The notes beneath the pieces are model-generated. The model was not told the DNA's origin and searched no databases. It saw only the letters and a program-made list of their open reading frames with translations. A stretch of DNA of 64,000 nucleotides from Anaeromyxobacteraceae bacterium (GTDB lineage Bacteria; Myxococcota; Myxococcia; Myxococcales; Anaeromyxobacteraceae), in contig JASGHJ010000001.1 in the NCBI GenBank assembly GCA_047602405.1, positions 1,568,001 through 1,632,000 on the forward strand, written 5' to 3'. The position numbers were made by a program, and so were the translations under genes. This document shows positions 57,058 to 64,000 of the stretch, one piece after another; the first letter of the stretch is position 1; the number at the start of each line of letters is the position of its first letter.

Positions 57058-58535
57058 TCGGAGGCCCCCGGGGCCGCTCGCGCGGTCGCCGCGGGTCGAC
57101 GGAAGAGGTCGAGCCACGCCGCCGGGAGCCCGCCCGAGGCGAGCGTCGCGGCGAGGTAGGCGACCGCGAAGGCCGAGCCGGCCGCGAGGAGGCGGACGAG
57201 CGGCGCGCCGGCCACCACGGCGAGCGCCCCCGCGGCGGCGCCGGCGGCGAGCCCGGAGGCGGCGAGCTGCCGGGCGAGCGCCCGCCACGGCAGGATCTCC
57301 CGCGCCCCGACCTCGAAGCTCTCGGCGGCGCGCCCGAGCATCGCCGCGCGCGCGCCGGCCTCCGCGAGCACGTGGCCAGAGATGGCGCCGATGGGCCCGA
57401 AGGTCCACAGGCCCGAGAAGACCAGGAGGGCGGTGCCGGCGAGCTTCACCGCCGAGAGCCCGAGCATGTAGCGGTTCTCGGCGCGCGCGCGGAGGACCCC
57501 GTCGAGCGGCAGCGCGGCGAGGACCACCGCGAGCGTGCCGATCCGGAAGAGCGGCACCGCGTCGAGGTAGCGCGCCGAGAAGAGGAGCTCGACGAGCGGG
57601 CGCGCCACGACCACGAGGAGCGCCGTGAGCGGCACGAACGCGAACGCGAGCTGCCCCACCGCCTCGTGGAAGAGCGGCAGCGCGGCGCGCGGCGGCCGGC
57701 CGGCGCCGTCGGAGTCGGCGATGCCGATCTGGAGGAGCTCGGCGACGGGCGTGTGGAGGATGTCGACGATGGGGAGCTGGAACATCCCGACGGCGTAGAC
57801 GGCGAAGGTCGCGGCGGGCACGATCGCGGCGACGGCGTACTGGTGGAGCTGCTGCTGCGGCACGAGGAGGAGGAAGGCCGCGCCGAACGGCAGCGCGTAC
57901 GCGGCCTGGCGCCGGGCCGTGGCCCGGTCGAAGACGAGCCCGTGCTCCCAGGCGAGGCACGCGACGCTGGCGAGCGCCCGCGCCGCGTGGACCCACAGGA
58001 TGCCGGTGAGCACGCCCTCCGCGTAGCGCCCGAGGAGGAGCGCGCCCGCGAGCATGCCGCCGCCGCGCGCGACCTCGGTGCCCACGCGGGCGAGCGCCGC
58101 CCGCCCCACGAGGCCGCGGGCGTTCCAGGCGACGTCGAGCGGCGCCCCCGCGATCTGCAGGCCGGCGAGGCCGGCGACGAGCGGGAGGACCCGGGCGAGC
58201 TCGGGGTTCCCCGACCAGGCGTGGACGAGCGGGGCGGCGGCGAGGAGCGCGAGCGCGGCGACCGCCCCGAGCACGGCGTGGGCGAGGCTCGTCTGCGCGA
58301 CGTACCGGTCCCGGCGGAGCGGATCGCGCGGCAGGAAGTAGTACAGCGAGAGGGTCGTGCCCATCGGGAGCACGAGCGCGAGGGTCTGGGCGAGGAGCCA
58401 GGCCTGCTTGAAGGTGCCGTAGGAGGCCGGCGCGAGGACCCGGGCGAGGATCATCGGCACCGCCACCGTGAGGGCGGCGCCCGCGAGGCGCGCCACGAGG
58501 AGCGGCCGGGCACGCGACAGGAGCGATTCGGGCAC
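57054..58535 (-). CDS. Wzx-like polysaccharide flippase
   Basis: ARVL....YG, F.VY.VG and LF..RY..AVP motifs; about 12-14 TM helices. Confidence 0.85.
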   Translation of the reverse strand: MPESLLSRARPLLVARLAGAALTVAVPMILARVLAPASYGTFKQAWLLAQTLALVLPMGTTLSLYYFLPRDPLRRDRYVAQTSLAHAVLGAVAALALLAAAPLVHAWSGNPELARVLPLVAGLAGLQIAGAPLDVAWNARGLVGRAALARVGTEVARGGGMLAGALLLGRYAEGVLTGILWVHAARALASVACLAWEHGLVFDRATARRQAAYALPFGAAFLLLVPQQQLHQYAVAAIVPAATFAVYAVGMFQLPIVDILHTPVAELLQIGIADSDGAGRPPRAALPLFHEAVGQLAFAFVPLTALLVVVARPLVELLFSARYLDAVPLFRIGTLAVVLAALPLDGVLRARAENRYMLGLSAVKLAGTALLVFSGLWTFGPIGAISGHVLAEAGARAAMLGRAAESFEVGAREILPWRALARQLAASGLAAGAAAGALAVVAGAPLVRLLAAGSAFAVAYLAATLASGGLPAAWLDLFRRPAATARAAPGASE

Positions 58536-58587
58536 TCGAGCGTCCTCCGCGCGTCACGATGCGCAGGGCGGGCGCCGGAGGCGGGGG

Positions 58588-58706
58588 TGCTGCCGGGGTG
58601 GTGCCCCGACGGGCCCCTCGGCAAGCTCGGGGCCGGCGGGGCGGGGATCCGTTCATCCCGAGCGCAGGCCCGCGAAGGCGGGCCGGAGTCGAGGGACGGG
58701 CCCCCC
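58588..58706. repeat. Family B element with nested family A
   Basis: TGCTGCCGGGGTGGTGCCCCG...CGGGGCGGGG[CCGTTCATCCCGAGCG..GGAGTCGAGGGACG]GGCCCCCCG. Confidence 0.82.
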
Positions 58707-58712
58707 GGCCGA

Positions 58713-59765
58713 TCAGGGCCCCTCCGACGCCCAGCCAGGCGAGCGGCCGGTCGCCCGGCCGAGCCACTCGAGCAGCGGGACGCCACCCTCGGTGAAGTCG
58801 GCCGGGTGGCCGAGCATCGTGTGCCTCGAGCCCTCGACCCGGAAGGCGGCCGCGTTCGGCAGGGGCGCGATCACGTCCCGCACGAGCCGGTCGAGCGCGC
58901 GCTCGAAGCCGGCGGGGCCGAGGAGGGTGTAGCCGCGGATCACCTCGTCCTGGGTGGAGGAGAGGAGGGCGAGGCGGTCGGCGGGGTACCGGCGCGAGAG
59001 CGCCGGCAGGATCCCGGAGAGGTCGAGCAGGCAGCCCTCGCCGCAGATGGGCGTGACCGCCTCGTCGAGCCGCCACGCGAGGACCCACGAGGCGACGATC
59101 GCGGGCGAGAGGTCGGACCCGACGAGCGGCGGCCCGGAGTCGTCGACGAGCGTGCCGCTCGCCGAGGGCCATGCGTCGCGCACCGCGGGGTGGTTCACGA
59201 GCGCGCCGTAGCCGCCGGCCGAGGCGCCCGCGAGCACGACCCCGGCCGGCGACGAGAAGAGCGGGCGCAGCGCGGCGACCGCCCGGCGCACGTTGGCCCG
59301 ACCGCGGTGCTGCATCCGCCCCGGCGCGCCCGGGTAGTCCTGCGAGGCGTCGCCCGCGTGCACGTCGCCGGTGCAGTACGGCACGAACACGAGCGTGAAC
59401 CGCGCGAAGGGGTTGCCGGGGAGGTCGCGATCGAGGATCGAGCCCGGCACGTCCCGCAGGCGCGCGTCGGCCTGGGCGGCGCCGAACGGGCCGCGCGAGA
59501 CGAGCGCCGGGAGCGTCGCGCCGGCGCCGAAGCAGGTGAGCGCGTCCCAGCAGGCGCCGCCGCCGTCGAGGAAGACGAGGAGCCCGTCGCCCTCGCCGCG
59601 GCTGACCGCGACGCCGGTGGGCGAGCCGTCGCCGCACACGCTCCCCTCGACGGGGAGCCAGGTGAAGCGGTGGAGCGGGAACCGCTCCGCGCCGCCGGCC
59701 GGACCGCAGCCGGAGGCGAGGAGCAGGCCCGGGAGGAGGAGCGAGGCGAGGGGGGCGGGGCGCAC
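58713..59765 (-). CDS. Pectin acetylesterase-family lipoprotein
   Basis: Lipobox LASGC; C.DGSPTG, GGGACWD, YCTGDVHAG and GASAGG motifs. Confidence 0.85.
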   Translation of the reverse strand: MRPAPLASLLLPGLLLASGCGPAGGAERFPLHRFTWLPVEGSVCGDGSPTGVAVSRGEGDGLLVFLDGGGACWDALTCFGAGATLPALVSRGPFGAAQADARLRDVPGSILDRDLPGNPFARFTLVFVPYCTGDVHAGDASQDYPGAPGRMQHRGRANVRRAVAALRPLFSSPAGVVLAGASAGGYGALVNHPAVRDAWPSASGTLVDDSGPPLVGSDLSPAIVASWVLAWRLDEAVTPICGEGCLLDLSGILPALSRRYPADRLALLSSTQDEVIRGYTLLGPAGFERALDRLVRDVIAPLPNAAAFRVEGSRHTMLGHPADFTEGGVPLLEWLGRATGRSPGWASEGP

Positions 59766-59767
59766 CC

Positions 59768-60751
59768 TCAGAAGGTGAGGACGATCTTCCCGAAGCTGGA
59801 GTTCTTCTCCATGCGCTCGTGTGCCTCGCGGGCGCGCTCGGCGGGGAGGACGAGATCCACGACCGGCTTCACCTTGCCCGCCGCGACGAGCGGCAGGGCG
59901 TCGCGCGCGAAGGCCTGCGACGCGGCGATCTTCTCCTCGAGCGGCCGGGGGCGGAGCACGGTGCCGACGACGGCACCGCGGGCCCGCATGAGCAGCGGGA
60001 GGTCGAGCGGGCCCTCGCGGCCGCCCATCGTGCCGATGACCACGATGCGGCCGCCGGGCGCGAGCGCCGCGAGGTCGTCGGTGAGGTACGCGCCGCCGAC
60101 GAGCTCGAGGACGACCGCCACGCCGCGGCCGCCGGTGGCCGCGCGGACCTCGCCCGCGAAGCGGGCCGGGTTGCCGACCACGATGCCGTGGTCGAGGCCG
60201 AGCGCCTTCGCGCGCTCGAGCTTGTCGGGCGTGCGGGAGGTGCCGATGACGGTCGCCCCCGCGGCGCGCGCGAGCTGGATGGCCATCGTGGCGACGCCGG
60301 AGCCCGCCGCGTGCACGAGCACGGTCGCGCCGGGCCGCAGGCCCCCCAGCGTGAAGAGCGCGTCGTGGGAGGTCACGCCCGCCTCGGGCAGCGCCGCGGC
60401 CTCCTCGAAGGAGAGGTTCGGCGGGACGCGCAGCAGCGTGCGCTCGTGCGCGACGGCGAGCTCGGCCTGGGCCTCGCCCGACGCGATGGCCATGACGCGG
60501 TCGCCGACCTTCCAGGCCTCCACGCCCGCGCCGCACCAGACGACCTCGCCGGCGAGCTCCAGGCCGGGCACGTCCTCCCGGTAGCCGGCGGGCGGCGGGT
60601 AGAGGCCGCGCCGCTGCAGGAGGTCGGCGCGGTTGAGGGCCGCGGCCTTCACCTGCACCAGCACCTCGCCGCGCCCGGGCTCCGGGTCCGGGAGCTCGGC
60701 GAGCTCCACCACCTCGGGACCACCCTTCCCGTTGAACCTGACGGCCTTCAT
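59768..60751 (-). CDS. NAD(P)H-quinone oxidoreductase (zeta-crystallin/PIG3 family)
   Basis: LNRADLLQR.G.YP, PGLE.AG, VHAAGSGVA and GKIVL motifs. Confidence 0.92.
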   Translation of the reverse strand: MKAVRFNGKGGPEVVELAELPDPEPGRGEVLVQVKAAALNRADLLQRRGLYPPPAGYREDVPGLELAGEVVWCGAGVEAWKVGDRVMAIASGEAQAELAVAHERTLLRVPPNLSFEEAAALPEAGVTSHDALFTLGGLRPGATVLVHAAGSGVATMAIQLARAAGATVIGTSRTPDKLERAKALGLDHGIVVGNPARFAGEVRAATGGRGVAVVLELVGGAYLTDDLAALAPGGRIVVIGTMGGREGPLDLPLLMRARGAVVGTVLRPRPLEEKIAASQAFARDALPLVAAGKVKPVVDLVLPAERAREAHERMEKNSSFGKIVLTF

Positions 60752-60861
60752 CCGCTCGCCTCCTCGCTCCCGCCGGATGGTGTCATCCATCCGCGCACAC
60801 GTCCACCCGGGGACCACCTCGCGCCCTTCACTCCGAGTCCGCGCGATGCTAAACACCGGAC

Positions 60862-62241
60862 GTGCCCGCGCCCGGCCTCCTGCTCGTCCCCCTCGCCTGG
60901 GTCCTCTCCGCCGCCCCGGCGCCCGGGCAGGCGTCGCGGTGCGAGCGCGGCGCCGCGGACGGGTGCCGCGAGGCCGGCCGGGAGCTGCTCTCCTCCACCG
61001 ACCCCCGGGCCGCCCGCCTCGGGACGTCCTACGTCGTCCTCGCCTGCGAGATGGGTGACGCCCCCGCGTGCGCCCACCTCGGCGCGCTGCACGCGCTCGG
61101 ACGCGGGGTCTCCTTCGACGCGGTCCGCGCGACCGCGCTCTCGCGCCGGGCGTGCGAGGCGGGCGTCGCGTTCGCCTGCGCGAACTGGGCGGCGCTCGTG
61201 GCGGAGGACGCCGGCGGTCCGGCCCGCCTCGCCGGGGCGCAGGCCGTGGACGTGGTGCGCAAGCTCCGGGCGGCGTGCGAGGCGGGCGCGCCGGAGGGGT
61301 GCCTCGACCTCGCGGTCGCGCTCGAGGCGGGCGCGGCCGGGAAGCCCGACCAGGACGGCGCCTCGGTGGCGCTCGTGCGGGCGTGCGACGCCGGGCTCGC
61401 CGTCGCCTGCCACCGGCTCGCGCTCGTCTGGTCCGACGAGGACACCGCGCGCCCGCTGCGGGCCCGCGCCTGCCGCGCGGCGATCGCGCCGGCGTGCGCG
61501 GTGGCCGGACTGCCGGTGCCGCCGGCCGGGCCGTCCACGCCGTCGCCGCGCCTCGCCGAGGACCCCGGCAGCCTCGCGCTCGCGGTGCCGGGCACGGGCG
61601 GGGTGCACCCGGCCGACCTCGCCGACCGCGCGGTGGGGACGGTCGTCTCCGGTGCGCAGGCGGAGGGAGACGCCGCGGTCGCCCTGCTCCTCCCGGCCCG
61701 CCGGCTCGAGCTCGCGCCCTGCCTCGACACGCCCCGCGCCGCCCCGGCACGGCCGGTCCGGCTGGAGCTCGCGTTCGTGGTGGAGGCCGACGGCCGCGCG
61801 GGCGAGGTGCGGGCCTCGACCGACCCGCCGGAGCCCGCGCTCGAGGCGTGCGCCTCGGAGGTCGCGCTCGACTGGAGCTTCCCCTCGGGGCCCGCGCGGG
61901 CCGGGCCGTTCGCCGTGCGGCTCGACCTCGACCCGTTCCCGGGCGGCGTGGCGCCCGTCTACCCGGGGCAGAGCGGCGCGAGGCCGGCCCCGCGCGAGCC
62001 GGGCTGCGTCGCCACGGCGCTGCGCGCGCCCCCCGACACGGTGGCGCGCGCGCTCACGTTCAAGCTCGCCGTCGACCCCGAGGGCCGGGCCACGCTCGTC
62101 GCGCCGCTCACGACCGCGCCGGAGCCGCTCCTCGAGGCCGCGTCGCGGGCCATCCGCTCGTGCCGCTTCACCCCCGGTTCGGTCGCCGGGCGGCCCGCGC
62201 CGGTCTGGACGACGATGACGCTGAGGGTCGGGGGCGGCTGA
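60862..62241 (+). CDS. Exported Cys-rich Sel1-like repeat protein with TonB-C-like domains
   Basis: Repeated AC..G...(A/G)C units; two C-terminal F.V..DGR/W.F modules. Confidence 0.65.
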   Translation: MPAPGLLLVPLAWVLSAAPAPGQASRCERGAADGCREAGRELLSSTDPRAARLGTSYVVLACEMGDAPACAHLGALHALGRGVSFDAVRATALSRRACEAGVAFACANWAALVAEDAGGPARLAGAQAVDVVRKLRAACEAGAPEGCLDLAVALEAGAAGKPDQDGASVALVRACDAGLAVACHRLALVWSDEDTARPLRARACRAAIAPACAVAGLPVPPAGPSTPSPRLAEDPGSLALAVPGTGGVHPADLADRAVGTVVSGAQAEGDAAVALLLPARRLELAPCLDTPRAAPARPVRLELAFVVEADGRAGEVRASTDPPEPALEACASEVALDWSFPSGPARAGPFAVRLDLDPFPGGVAPVYPGQSGARPAPREPGCVATALRAPPDTVARALTFKLAVDPEGRATLVAPLTTAPEPLLEAASRAIRSCRFTPGSVAGRPAPVWTTMTLRVGGG

Positions 62242-62330
62242 GCGTCGACCCGGGGCCCGGGTCAGCCGAAAACTGGCCGCGAGACCCGTGGCGCGGTAGC
62301 GATCGGAATCGCTATCGTTCGGCTCGACCG

Positions 62331-63251
62331 GTGACCGCCACGGACCCCATCAACCTCGAGGAGGTCGTGCGCGCGGGCCGCGTGCTCTTCGGGCCCGGCT
62401 TCGCCGCCGACCAGGCGTGGTGGCGCGACGCCCTCCGCTCGACCTACCGGCGCCGCTCGTTCGAGACCCACCCCGACCGCGCCCGCAGCCTCGGCCGCTC
62501 CGAGACCGACCTCGCGCGCGAGTTCCAGTCGGTCACCGAGGCCTACCGGATCCTCTCGCAGATGCGCGCCGGCCCGCTGCAGGCGCCGAGCACCGTCGCG
62601 GATCCCCCGCGCGGCCGGCCGAAGGAGCCGCCGCGCGCGCAGCGGGCCGCGCACCGCGCCGCCTCGAGCGCCGGGTCCGCCGGCCCGCGGCCGACGCCCC
62701 GGCCGCGCCCGCCGCCGCCTCCGCCGCGCCAGGCACCGCCCCGCGCGCCCGACGCGCCGCCGCCCTCGCAGCGCTCCGCCTCCGCGCGCGCCGGCGCCCG
62801 CGCCTGGGCGCCCGGGTCGTTCGGCGCGCCGCGCGTGCGCCACTCGGTCCGCCCCGAGGACCTCCCGCGCCGCCGCCTGCGCTTCGCGGAGTTCCTCTAC
62901 TACTCGGGGCGCGTGCCGTGGACGGTGTTCGTCGACGCGCTCGTCTGGCAGCGCGCGCAGCGCCCGGCGCTCGGCCGCATCGCCGTCGAGTTCGGCTTCC
63001 TCACGCCCGAGGAGGTCATGGCCATCCTCGAGCGCCGCCGCCTCGCGGCCGCGCAGCAGACGCTGTTCGGCGAGTACGCCCTCGCGCTCGGGTACGTGAC
63101 CCCGTTCCAGCTCCTCGTGATGCTCGGCCAGCAGCTCAGGCTGCAGCGCCGCATCGGCGAGTTCTTCGTGGAGCGCGGGCACATCGAGGAGGGCGACGTG
63201 GACGAGCTCCGCGCCCGCCTCATGAAGCACAACCTCCGCTTCGCGCACTGA
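62331..63251 (+). CDS. J-domain protein with MshEN-like repeats
   Basis: YRRRSFETHPD...FQ.VTEAY.IL; Pro-rich linker; four G-x6-G-x9-L motifs. Confidence 0.8.
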   Translation: MTATDPINLEEVVRAGRVLFGPGFAADQAWWRDALRSTYRRRSFETHPDRARSLGRSETDLAREFQSVTEAYRILSQMRAGPLQAPSTVADPPRGRPKEPPRAQRAAHRAASSAGSAGPRPTPRPRPPPPPPRQAPPRAPDAPPPSQRSASARAGARAWAPGSFGAPRVRHSVRPEDLPRRRLRFAEFLYYSGRVPWTVFVDALVWQRAQRPALGRIAVEFGFLTPEEVMAILERRRLAAAQQTLFGEYALALGYVTPFQLLVMLGQQLRLQRRIGEFFVERGHIEEGDVDELRARLMKHNLRFAH

Positions 63252-63334
63252 GTTGCACGGGGTGCCGTCCCTCGACTCCGGCCCGCTGCGCGGGCCTACG
63301 CTCGGGATGAGCGGGGGCCCGCCCCGGCAGCAAC
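63252..63334. repeat. Shortened family B element with nested family A
   Basis: GTTGCACGGGG[CGTCCCTCGACTCC..TACGCTCGGGATGAGCGG]GGGCCCGCCCCGGCAGCA. Confidence 0.85.
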
Positions 63335-63424
63335 AGCCCGCCAAAGACGAGAGCCGGTCACCGCCAGGGGAGGGCGGGACCGGCTCGGGTGGGGGACCGC
63401 GGGGGAACCGCGGGGGGTGCGGAC

Positions 63425-63664
63425 CTACGCGACGACCTCGATGGTGGAGCCCTGCTTCGGCAGCACCTGCACCGGCGCCGGCGGGGGGGTGTTGCCGGCG
63501 GGCGCGGTGGCGAGCTTCGAGCCGGCGTTCGCCGTGCTCGCGGCCGTCTCGATGAGCTTCAGGGCCTGCTGCCCCTGCACGTCTTCGTTCGAGCGGACGA
63601 TGTTGAGCGTTGCGGCCTGGAGCTCTGCGCCGATGGCGTTCTTCATGGGCTGGGGGATGAGCAA
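63425..63664 (-). CDS. Small YjfB-like hypothetical protein
   Basis: DVQGQQALKLIE...GSTIEVVA pattern; start codon uncertain. Confidence 0.55.
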   Translation of the reverse strand: MLIPQPMKNAIGAELQAATLNIVRSNEDVQGQQALKLIETAASTANAGSKLATAPAGNTPPPAPVQVLPKQGSTIEVVA

Positions 63665-63799
63665 GGACCGGGCCCGCCGGCCGATCCGCCAAGTGGGCAG
63701 GATCGGCCGGGTTCGGGTTTGGTCGGCGTGGTCGTCCGGCGCCCCTGGGTCAGGTCGCGTGGGGTCTGCTGCGGGTGGGGGCCACGCCTACACGGCGAC

Positions 63800-64000
63800 T
63801 CACCCGCCGCGCCCGTCGCTTCCCGCGGCCCGCTCGACCGGCAGCCGCAGCCGGAACGTGGTGCCGGCCGCCGAGGTGGTGAAGTCCACCTGGCCGCCCA
63901 GCATCCGCTCGCCGAAGAGCTGCATGGCGAACGTGCCGAGGCCGCGGCCCGGGCCGGCCTTGGTCGAGAAGTGCCGCTGGAACACCCGCGCCCGGATCGC
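63800..64000 (-). CDS. Sensor histidine kinase, C-terminal HATPase part (truncated by window edge)
   Basis: VFQRHFSTK, GRGLG and GTTF.L.LP motifs. Confidence 0.85.
   Translation of the reverse strand, partial: AIRARVFQRHFSTKAGPGRGLGTFAMQLFGERMLGGQVDFTTSAAGTTFRLRLPVERAAGSDGRGG

Overview
Very GC-rich bacterial chromosome segment. Gene content and protein style suggest a myxobacterium such as Anaeromyxobacter (inference, not verified). About 55 CDSs are supported, mostly housekeeping or accessory: bcp, an RsmB-family methyltransferase, mutM, rnhB, pcnB, pyrH, frr, nadE, tkt, sixA, treY, malQ, gluQ, miaE, an MCP, an M16 peptidase, a VapBC-type TA pair, hisC, pepA, a Ser/Thr kinase, queF and polysaccharide genes. 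No rRNA, tRNA, CRISPR array or transposase was seen. Signals the ORF track misses: (1) a Bcp peroxiredoxin with an in-frame TGA at the peroxidatic Cys position followed by a SECIS-like stem-loop, i.e. a likely selenoprotein; (2) four unrelated genes each broken by one extra base in the same context, (C/A)AG-A-ATC, most likely a systematic sequencing artefact at GATC, although recoding cannot be excluded; (3) about 19 short palindromic repeats in two families that nest inside each other, form a tandem array, sit in frame inside MutM, PcnB and a Zn-ribbon protein, and supply C-termini or stop codons to several genes; (4) a structured leader with phased A-tracts before a stand-alone LuxR HTH; (5) a J-domain protein fused to four MshEN-like motifs, and a degenerate GGDEF protein with an intact I-site; (6) an HNH nuclease gene with a LexA-box-like operator; (7) many apparently leaderless genes. 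Coordinates were counted by hand and repeat boundaries are approximate.
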